Part shown: positions 1 through 8,086 of the stretch, piece after piece
Numbering within the stretch: position 1 is the stretch's first letter
How the letters are laid out: each line of letters begins with the position of its first letter
Source of the DNA: Candidatus Woesearchaeota archaeon
GTDB lineage: Archaea; Nanobdellota; Nanobdellia; Woesearchaeales; GW2011-AR4
Reading direction: 5' to 3'
Assembly: GCA_018303655.1 (NCBI GenBank)
Contig: JAGVXT010000021.1
Coordinates: 18,811 to 82,810, forward strand
DNA: 64,000 nucleotides
Notes under the pieces: model-generated
Databases searched by the model: none
The model's input: the letters and a program-made list of their open reading frames with translations, nothing else
Told to the model about the DNA's origin: nothing
Translations under genes and position numbers: made by a program

Positions 1-1
1 T

Positions 2-352
2 TACGTTGGAAGAAAAAACAGCAATATACCGAAAGGCAAACAGGAAACTCGAGAAAACTCAAAACAGAGATGGGAACTAGGCAATAATCTTGTGTTGTTT
101 AATTCTAAATCTGAGGGATTATCTTACAATGGACTTGTAGTAAAAGATGGTACAAATATTTACGTGTTTGGAAACGATATTGACGGCGAGATAGCCGCAT
201 TGAGAAAACTTGTAGATAACCAAGAATTCTATTTTAGTAAAAGTGTAGCTTCAAGAGCGGATTATATTTCAGAACAAGATTTGGATGGTTTGTTTGTTTT
301 TGATTATCTGCATACTGATGAGAACACCGAGGTAAATATAAATGGTTTTTAA
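2..352 (+). CDS. 3' end of a hypothetical protein (partial, runs off the window start)
   Basis: Frame is open from position 2 (YVGRKNSN...) through the listed 92..352 ORF; its stop overlaps the next ATG. Confidence 0.7.
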   Translation, partial: YVGRKNSNIPKGKQETRENSKQRWELGNNLVLFNSKSEGLSYNGLVVKDGTNIYVFGNDIDGEIAALRKLVDNQEFYFSKSVASRADYISEQDLDGLFVFDYLHTDENTEVNINGF

Positions 353-2657
353 AAACTTAAAATTAATTTTAGTGTATTTGATCTTAATACTTATAGTCCC
401 ATCTATTTTCGCATTGACACTTCAAGAACTAATTGACTCTTACAATTTTGGATATAATGACGGCACACTTAATATTAATCAGTTTTCTGATTATATGTCA
501 GACTCAAACTCAAATGGACAGAATGATACTTTAATAATAAACATTACCGTTAACTCTACTTACACTGCTTTTTTTGAGGTTTATTTTGATTTGGCAGAAG
601 AAAGTGGAACTTTGTCCAGCAAGATTAATCAAAGCATATCTTCCGGTATATCGAACGTCAATATAAGCTTTGACACTCGCTTATTAAACAAAAATAAATA
701 CAATTATTCTGTGAGAATTTATAACACGACAAATATTTTAGTCTTTAGTAAATACAGCATAGAAACAAGCACCTATAGCGAATTTGAGAATGGAACGAAT
801 ATAAACAGCATAACTGACGAGAATGTAAATGGTAATTACATAAGGATTAATTTAACGCTCAATGTCTCCCAAAATCAAGACACTAATATAACTGCCTATT
901 TAAAATTTAATGAAACCATAATAAGTGCGACAAAACCAGTAACATTATCGTCTGGAACACAAATAGTTTCATTGGATTTTGATAATGAGACTATAAAATC
1001 CACTCATTATAATGGAAACTTCACTTTAGACTCTGTGTCAATAGGTAAAAAACTGATTAAGCCGAGCTATAGCACATCAACCTATAATTATGAAGATTTT
1101 GCAAAAACCTCTTACTTCAGAAACTACAGTAGCGCAGGCATTGATACCAATGCAAATAACTTGTCAGAATTCCTAGAAGTAAACTTTACTATAGCAGTTA
1201 AAAACACAACTACTTATGAAATACAAGCTGAAATATATGACCAATTCAACAATTTTGTCAAAAATCTATCCGCATCGCAAAGCTTGTCTATTGGAAATAA
1301 GACTCTAAGCATAAGGATAAATGGCTCTGACATCTATTCTACAAAAATAAGCGGGCCATATCTATTAAGTGTCGCAAGGCTAATAGAAAATGGAAATATT
1401 ACAGACAAGCAGTTTGAACCTCATACAATAACAAATTTAACCTATACAGATTTTGAGAGACCGCCTTTGCCGGACTTGAAATTGAATATGACTGTAATTT
1501 TCAACCAAACAACAAATCAGTCTAATGTTACAATAAAACTCAACAATACCGGAGAGTCAACAGCTTTTAATGTATTCCTTGATGTTTTTAACAATGAAAC
1601 TTTTTCAGCTATAAATAGTACTGTAATACTAAATGTCAACGAATCAAAAATTTATAATTTTATAGTAAGCAATACATCCAATACAACCCTGTTCACAGCC
1701 ATAGCAGACTTTGACAATCTGGTTGATGAAAGCAACGAAAGCAACAACATTGTGCAGAATACTCCTCCAACAGTTGTTTCTTTAGCTATAGAATCAATAA
1801 CCGCAATGTACACCAATGGAACATTAAAAATCTTTGAATTTGTAATTTTAAATGATGGCGATGCAACAGTTACAGATGTCCAATGGTGGTTTGACACGAA
1901 TGACAGCAATGTAATTAACAGCACCTCAAATACCAGCTTAAGCGCAGGAGAAAGGGCATTTGTTTACTTGCAATACAACTTCTCTGATCAAGGAAGCTAT
2001 AATGTGAAGGCAAATGCAACTGGATTAAGCCAATCAACTGCTGTATCTTCTTCCTTAAGCTCCACTGTAGGCGTGGGGGATTTGGCAATAACAAGCTTCA
2101 GCGCTTCTAACATTGCTGTAACCAATGTGATATTTGAAATACAGGCTCAAAATAATCTGCTGCAAAACCTAACAAACCTAAATTGGTCGTTAACAACAGC
2201 AGACGGGAGTATAATCAACTCAACTAGCCAATTCAGCTCGATACAGCCAAATGAGACTGTGTTTATATTTGTAAGCTATGACTATGGCAAGACTGGAACA
2301 TTCAGCCCGGTTGCTTCTGTTACAAATCAAACATATTCAGACTCAAAAAGCCTAACTTTAGACATAAAGCATATACAGGCTTATAACCTGACTGTTGCAA
2401 ACGAATCTGGCTCAAAAAGAATATTTGAGTTTATAATTAAAAATTCTTTAAATACAAACTTAACAAATACAAATTGGACATTTGACACTAAAAACAGCAA
2501 TGTCATAAATGCCACTTCAAACAGCATATTGCAGCCAAATGAGCAGATGTTTATTTACATAGACTATAACTTCACAGCAACAGGAACATTTAATGTTAAT
2601 GCAACAGCAAGGAATGGAACTTTAAGCGATTCAAGGAATCTGACAATAACAATATGA
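342..2657 (+). CDS. Large secreted/surface glycoprotein with CARDB/Ig-like repeats
   Basis: N-terminal signal peptide, many N-x-S/T sequons, CARDB-type motifs (LPDL...N.G...AD..N.VDESNESNN), repeated 'IFEF.I.N..W.FDT..SNVIN' modules. Confidence 0.8.
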   Translation: MVFKNLKLILVYLILILIVPSIFALTLQELIDSYNFGYNDGTLNINQFSDYMSDSNSNGQNDTLIINITVNSTYTAFFEVYFDLAEESGTLSSKINQSISSGISNVNISFDTRLLNKNKYNYSVRIYNTTNILVFSKYSIETSTYSEFENGTNINSITDENVNGNYIRINLTLNVSQNQDTNITAYLKFNETIISATKPVTLSSGTQIVSLDFDNETIKSTHYNGNFTLDSVSIGKKLIKPSYSTSTYNYEDFAKTSYFRNYSSAGIDTNANNLSEFLEVNFTIAVKNTTTYEIQAEIYDQFNNFVKNLSASQSLSIGNKTLSIRINGSDIYSTKISGPYLLSVARLIENGNITDKQFEPHTITNLTYTDFERPPLPDLKLNMTVIFNQTTNQSNVTIKLNNTGESTAFNVFLDVFNNETFSAINSTVILNVNESKIYNFIVSNTSNTTLFTAIADFDNLVDESNESNNIVQNTPPTVVSLAIESITAMYTNGTLKIFEFVILNDGDATVTDVQWWFDTNDSNVINSTSNTSLSAGERAFVYLQYNFSDQGSYNVKANATGLSQSTAVSSSLSSTVGVGDLAITSFSASNIAVTNVIFEIQAQNNLLQNLTNLNWSLTTADGSIINSTSQFSSIQPNETVFIFVSYDYGKTGTFSPVASVTNQTYSDSKSLTLDIKHIQAYNLTVANESGSKRIFEFIIKNSLNTNLTNTNWTFDTKNSNVINATSNSILQPNEQMFIYIDYNFTATGTFNVNATARNGTLSDSRNLTITI

Positions 2658-2686
2658 TCTGGCAGTAACTTTAAACTATAAGAATT

Positions 2687-3619
2687 TCATCCATAAAACA
2701 ACTCTTCTTTTCCAAGATTTTCCTTGTACCAATCATAAGCTCTTTTAACTCCTTCATGTATATTGACTTCCGGCTTCCATCCTAATGATTTTAATTTTTC
2801 AATTGAAGGGATTCTTGTCATGATTTCTCTTTCTTTTGTTCTTGTGTCCTTTCCAAAGCCGACAATTTTTGGCTTTAGGCTTTTGCCGGAGACTTTGATT
2901 ATTGATTCAGCAAGCTCTTTCATTGTAATCTGGTCTGTATTTGCTATGTTGTATGCTTCTCCTTTTGCGCCTTTTTTTCTGACTGTTTCAATTCCGCTAA
3001 CAACATCGGTAATGTAAGTGAAGCACCTTACCTGGCTTCCGTCTCCAAAAACAACAGGCGCTTCATTGTTCAAAACTTTTTGGATAAAAATTGGCATGAC
3101 CCATTCAAAGCCCTGCCCTGGGCCATAAACATTAAACAGCCTAACAGGATTTATGTCCATGCCATATTCCTGAACATAGCCTTTTGCATACATCTCTGCT
3201 GTTAGTTTTGAAACTCCATAGATGCTAACAGGGCTTTTTGGGCTGTCTTCTTTTATTGGTATTTCTCTTGGCTCGCCGTAAACTTCTGAAGAAGAGGTAT
3301 AAACAATCTTTTTCACATTTGTCCCAAGCGCGCACCTGAAGACGTTTACTGTGCCGTCTATGTTGACAGCCAGTGTGTTTAAAGGCTTTTTATCGGAATT
3401 GACTACTCCAAGCTCGGCAGCAAGATGATAAACAACATCACAATCTCTCATTTCCCATCTTATGTCTTCAAGCACGGACTTTTTTACAAATTCAAGCTTA
3501 GGATGTGTAAATTTAATCGGCTTAATATCAAGAACTTTAACATCATTTCCTTCATTAAGGAGATGCCTGACTAAGGTGTGCCCTATAAAGCCATTTCCTC
3601 CAGTGACCATTATTTTCAT
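2687..3619 (-). CDS. NAD-dependent nucleotide-sugar epimerase/dehydratase (extended SDR)
   Basis: GGNGFIG Rossmann motif, SSSEVYG, YGVSK, RLFNVYGP. Confidence 0.92.
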   Translation of the reverse strand: MKIMVTGGNGFIGHTLVRHLLNEGNDVKVLDIKPIKFTHPKLEFVKKSVLEDIRWEMRDCDVVYHLAAELGVVNSDKKPLNTLAVNIDGTVNVFRCALGTNVKKIVYTSSSEVYGEPREIPIKEDSPKSPVSIYGVSKLTAEMYAKGYVQEYGMDINPVRLFNVYGPGQGFEWVMPIFIQKVLNNEAPVVFGDGSQVRCFTYITDVVSGIETVRKKGAKGEAYNIANTDQITMKELAESIIKVSGKSLKPKIVGFGKDTRTKEREIMTRIPSIEKLKSLGWKPEVNIHEGVKRAYDWYKENLGKEELFYG

Positions 3620-3771
3620 GTTAACTTAGTTGGATTTTTGGTATATTTTTAAATTATTTGTTTTTTAATGTGTATTTATTTCAATATAGTAAATAATTCA
3701 ATTTTATTATGTTTATTTTCAATATAGAAAAAATAAAGTTTAAATGTGGGTGGGTGTTTTCCACTTGAATA

Positions 3772-4965
3772 ATGAAAATTATTCATTTAATGGGCTATTT
3801 TGTGCCTGAGCTAGGCTATCAAGAGTACTACTTGGCGAAGAAGCACAGGGAAATGGGGCATGATGTTTATGTAGTGGCTTCTGACATGCTTTATCCCTTC
3901 CCAAACATAGAAACAATGCTAAAGGAAGCTGGCATCAAAAACACATCAAGAAAAAGAAAGGCAGGTTTCAGCGTTATTGATGGCATCAAGGTCTGCAGGC
4001 TAAAGCATTTTTTTGAGTACTCTGACTTTATTTTGGCTAGGGGATTGAAGCAGGCTCTGGCTAAGATAAAGCCGGATGTAGTTTTTGCGCATGAGAGCAG
4101 GCAGGGCTTGCCTGCATTAGCCGCTTATTATAAAAAATTGTTCAATTACAGGCTTGTTGTAGACCAGCATGACTTCTACCACAAAATTCCCAGCCATCAC
4201 TGGTGGAAGAGACTTTTCAGGTTTTTGGATTATTTTCTGTTCAGGAAGTTTATTGTGAATTACAGCCTTAACAATGCGGACAGGATTGTTGCAGTAACCG
4301 AAGAGACAAAAGAATTCCTGGTAAATATCCATAAGATAGCGCCAAAAAATATTTTATTGATACCTTTGGCAGTTGACACTGGTTTTTTTAAGTTTGACAA
4401 CAAAGCAAAGACAAGCATAAGAAAAAAATTCAATATCAAGAAAGATGACATTGTTTTGGCTTTTTCCGGGACAATAGTAAGGAGAAAGGGCATAGAATTG
4501 CTGCTGGAAGCCGTGTCTGAAATAAAAAATGGAAACATAAAGCTGCTTATTGTTGGAGGAGGCGATAATATTTATATGCAGGAGCTGAAGAATTTAAGCA
4601 AAAAGCTTGGAATTGAAAATAGGACTGTATTTACAGGATTTGTAAAAAAAGATTATGTTAAGGATTATTTTTCTGCAGCTGACATCGGAGTGTGGCCAGG
4701 AAACAACTCCGTAAGCATAATGGAGGCAATGGCATGCAATCTTCCAATAGTGATTGTGGATCTGCAGTTAAGCTATTTGGCAAGCTACAATAACGGCTTG
4801 AAATTTCCAGAGCACAATAAGGAAAAACTAAAGGCAGCATTAAAAAAACTCATTGGAAATAAAAATTTAAGATTAAAAATGGCCAATAATTCTGCATCTG
4901 CAATAAAAAGATATTATAGCTATGATGCGATTGCAGGGGAATTTTTGAATGCAGCTAAAGGCTGA
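3772..4965 (+). CDS. Glycosyltransferase family 4
   Basis: GT-B motifs RKGIELL, EAMACNLP. Confidence 0.9.
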   Translation: MKIIHLMGYFVPELGYQEYYLAKKHREMGHDVYVVASDMLYPFPNIETMLKEAGIKNTSRKRKAGFSVIDGIKVCRLKHFFEYSDFILARGLKQALAKIKPDVVFAHESRQGLPALAAYYKKLFNYRLVVDQHDFYHKIPSHHWWKRLFRFLDYFLFRKFIVNYSLNNADRIVAVTEETKEFLVNIHKIAPKNILLIPLAVDTGFFKFDNKAKTSIRKKFNIKKDDIVLAFSGTIVRRKGIELLLEAVSEIKNGNIKLLIVGGGDNIYMQELKNLSKKLGIENRTVFTGFVKKDYVKDYFSAADIGVWPGNNSVSIMEAMACNLPIVIVDLQLSYLASYNNGLKFPEHNKEKLKAALKKLIGNKNLRLKMANNSASAIKRYYSYDAIAGEFLNAAKG

Positions 4966-6025
4966 ATTTTTTAAGTATATTGACAATATTCCTGCTCGCA
5001 TTTCCATTCCCGTAATTCTCGCTTTGCTTTCCTTTTGGATTAAAATTCCTTACTGCATACCTTATCTTTGCTTTATTTGCTCCTGCAAGAATGTTCCAGC
5101 CGTCATTCACTGTCTCCGTCCATTCTGTCGAGTCTCTCAAAGTGATGCATGGAACTTTGAAAAAATAGGCTTCTTTCTGCATCCCTCCTGAATCAGTAAT
5201 TATTTTTTTTGCGTTTTTCTCAAGAATTAAAGTATCAGCGTAGCTTAACGGCTTTGTTACAATTATGTTTGAATTTTTAAGCTTTTTATCCAGATTGTAC
5301 AGCTTAAGGCATTTTGCCGTTCTGGGATGGACCGGAAAAACAATTTTTTCGCCGATGCTGAGCAGGGCACCCATTATATTGGACAAGTTCTCCTTAATGT
5401 CCGTGTTTCCCGCACGATGCACTGTTGCAAGCAGATAGGATTTTTTGTTGAGCTTTAATTTCCCCAAAATCCTGGAATTTTTTTCAGCAATGCCGATGTT
5501 CCGCTTTATAGAGTCTATCATAACATCCCCTACTTTAAATACATTTTTTGTAATCCTTTCTTTTTTCAGGTTTTGGACAGCTGTCCATGTTGGGCAGAAC
5601 AGTATATCAGAAACTCTGTCTGTCTCTACTCTGTTGATCTCTTCAGGCATGGACTTGTTAAAGCTTCTCATCCCTGATTCAATATGGGCAATCTTGATTC
5701 CAGATTTTGATGCTGCCATTGCCCCTGCCAAAGTCGAGTTTGTGTCTCCAAAAACAATGACCAAGCTTGGCTTTTCCTTCAGAATAATCCGGCACAGGCC
5801 ATCAATCATTTTTTTGATTTGCTTGCTGCGCTCCGCTGACCCAACGCCAAGGTTATAATCCGGCTCCGGTATCCTCATGTTCTTAAAGAAAATTTTGGAC
5901 ATTTCATAATCATAATGCTGCCCGGTGTGGACTACAACTTCATCAAAGTGCTTTCTTATTTCGTGAGATAAAACAGCCAGCTTGATAAACTGCGGTCTTG
6001 CGCCGACAACGCTGAGAATCTTCAT
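4955..6025 (-). CDS. wecB: UDP-N-acetylglucosamine 2-epimerase, non-hydrolysing (WecB/WbpI-like)
   Basis: VGARPQFIK, HTGQHYD, GDTNST, HIESGMRS, PEEINR, TDSGGMQKEA. Confidence 0.93.
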   Translation of the reverse strand: MKILSVVGARPQFIKLAVLSHEIRKHFDEVVVHTGQHYDYEMSKIFFKNMRIPEPDYNLGVGSAERSKQIKKMIDGLCRIILKEKPSLVIVFGDTNSTLAGAMAASKSGIKIAHIESGMRSFNKSMPEEINRVETDRVSDILFCPTWTAVQNLKKERITKNVFKVGDVMIDSIKRNIGIAEKNSRILGKLKLNKKSYLLATVHRAGNTDIKENLSNIMGALLSIGEKIVFPVHPRTAKCLKLYNLDKKLKNSNIIVTKPLSYADTLILEKNAKKIITDSGGMQKEAYFFKVPCITLRDSTEWTETVNDGWNILAGANKAKIRYAVRNFNPKGKQSENYGNGNASRNIVNILKKFSL

Positions 6026-6771
6026 TTTTTATCTGATTCCTTTTTCTTCAGCTCATTGGATTTTTCTATCATGTCAAGAAAATCAGACTTTACATCTTTC
6101 TTTAATATTCCTATATTGGGCATAACGCAATGCCCCCCTATGAATCCAGGGTATAATACGGGCCTCACGACATTGGGGTTTGCTATTTTACAGCCGTCAT
6201 TGTATGTTTCATTGAATCTTGTTACTGCCTGCTTAAAATCCGCATTGAATTTTTTGCATATTCTTTCCATTTCCTGATGATATGCTATGCACAGGCCATA
6301 GTATGTTGTGCCAAAAATCTTGCCAAGCTCCGTTTCCATTGGCGATTTCATAGTCTCAGTTTTCATTCCCAACGATTCGAAGTGCTTTTTTGCGTCTTCT
6401 CCTGATTTTTTGTCTGCAGGCCCTATGAACTTGACAAAAAGCAGCAGACCTTTTTTTATTTCAGGGTGCTTTCCCCTGACAGGAGAATGCACCATGCTTT
6501 TTTTGGTTTTATCGTAAATTGCTTTTGTAGTGCCCGGCCTTACAGTTGAGTTTATTACAACAAGCTTGGGATTGTATTTTTTAATGTAGTTAGCGGCTAT
6601 GCCTGCAAAATTATCCATGTAAGGTATGCATATGTGCATAATCTCTATTTCTTCATTAATTTTAATGTCTTCTATATCTCTTTTGAACAGCTTGTACTTT
6701 CCTGAATCTTCTATCACCTGACACAGAGCATTTCCAACTTCGCCTAGGCCTATCACCAATACATTTTTCAT
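6022..6771 (-). CDS. Short UDP-sugar 6-dehydrogenase family protein (WecC/WbpA-like, no C-terminal domain)
   Basis: IGLGEVG, STVRPGTT, HSP.RG, ETELGK, PGFIGGHC catalytic Cys; only 249 aa. Confidence 0.8.
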   Translation of the reverse strand: MKNVLVIGLGEVGNALCQVIEDSGKYKLFKRDIEDIKINEEIEIMHICIPYMDNFAGIAANYIKKYNPKLVVINSTVRPGTTKAIYDKTKKSMVHSPVRGKHPEIKKGLLLFVKFIGPADKKSGEDAKKHFESLGMKTETMKSPMETELGKIFGTTYYGLCIAYHQEMERICKKFNADFKQAVTRFNETYNDGCKIANPNVVRPVLYPGFIGGHCVMPNIGILKKDVKSDFLDMIEKSNELKKKESDKK

Positions 6772-7760
6772 AAAAACACCACCTTGCTGTTTTTTGCGGA
6801 TTCGAGCATTTTTGACGCAATTTCCAGAACTTTAAGCCCGTCTTCTCCTGTTACCATTGGCCTTTTGTCCTTGATAATGCAGTCTGCAAATTCCTCGAGC
6901 TCTGCAAGCAATGGCTCTTTATAATTTATTTTTATTTTTATCATATCTCCTTCAACAATGCTTGTGATGCCTTTTGAATAATCAAATTCTTTTTCAGCAA
7001 ACTCATTTTTGTAGAAATACAATTCTTGAGTCAGGTATTTAGCAACAAACATGCCTTTTTCCCCGGTAACGTAAAGCTCCCTTACTTTTTTTGGAGTAAG
7101 CCAGTTTGTGCTTATTATGCCAACAACATTATTCTCAAATTTTATAATGGCATTGAGCATGTCTTCATGGCTTGCGTGTATCCTTTGCCCTGTCTCTGCA
7201 TAAATCCTCTTTATTTTGGCATTATTAAGGTGCATCACAATATCAATGTCATGGACAGCCAAGTCAGTTGTAACTCCTACGTCTATCACCCTGTGGGGAA
7301 ATGGGCTGAACCTATTGGCAGTTATGCTGTATACCTTTCCTAGCTCATTATTTTCAAGTCTTTTTTTAATTTCAGTAACTACCGGATTGAATCTTTCAAC
7401 ATGCCCGACCATTAATTTTACATTTTTTACTTCAGCGGCTTTTATCAGCTTTTTGGCTTCCTGAAGGCTGTCGGTGATGGGCTTTTCAATAAGCACATTA
7501 ATCCCTTTGTTTATAAAAAACATGGCAACACCCTTATGCAGCTTTGTAGGCACGCATACTGAAACAGCATCCAGCTTTTCATCAATTTCTTTATAGTCTG
7601 TAAATGGCTTTGCATTATGCTTTTTAGCTATTTCATTTGCTGCTTTTTCATCTTTGTCGCAAACAGCAATTAATTCTGCATTGCCCATATCTGAGTAAAT
7701 TCTTGCATGGCTCTTGCCCATTGCGCCTGCGCCTATGACAGCAACCTTAAGTTTTTTCAT
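6768..7760 (-). CDS. Gfo/Idh/MocA oxidoreductase (WlbA/WbpB-like sugar 3-dehydrogenase)
   Basis: IGAGAMG, EKP, GHVERFNP, DLAVHDID. Confidence 0.9.
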   Translation of the reverse strand: MKKLKVAVIGAGAMGKSHARIYSDMGNAELIAVCDKDEKAANEIAKKHNAKPFTDYKEIDEKLDAVSVCVPTKLHKGVAMFFINKGINVLIEKPITDSLQEAKKLIKAAEVKNVKLMVGHVERFNPVVTEIKKRLENNELGKVYSITANRFSPFPHRVIDVGVTTDLAVHDIDIVMHLNNAKIKRIYAETGQRIHASHEDMLNAIIKFENNVVGIISTNWLTPKKVRELYVTGEKGMFVAKYLTQELYFYKNEFAEKEFDYSKGITSIVEGDMIKIKINYKEPLLAELEEFADCIIKDKRPMVTGEDGLKVLEIASKMLESAKNSKVVFL

Positions 7761-7861
7761 TTTGATATGGGCAAGAAAATAGAGGGGAATTTATAAATTA
7801 TATGGTTTAAGGTACATTGTTAATTTGTCAAAAAACTTAAGCACTTTTATCTGTCAGCATA

Positions 7862-8068
7862 TTAACTTTTCTTCTTCCAATAGAAAAAAACAGCTAAAAT
7901 AACCAAAACAGAAATAACAGCTATTGCAGCTAACGGACTATAATCTTTCTTTTGCATTTCTTCTTGAAATTTTTTTGTTGCATTTGCTTCTGGCTCTGTA
8001 ATATTTGCAATTTCGCTTATTGTTATATTTTCAACTGTGGGTATTTTCTCTTTAACGGATACAGCAAA
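7862..8068 (-). pseudogene. Start-less C-terminal fragment of a membrane-anchored surface protein
   Basis: Manual translation FAVSVKEKIPTVENITISEIANITEPEANATKKFQEEMQKKDYSPLAAIAVISVLVILAVFFYWKKKS*; sequons, TM helix and basic tail; in-frame stop just upstream. Confidence 0.6.
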
Positions 8069-8086
8069 ATATTAAAATATGGGATA

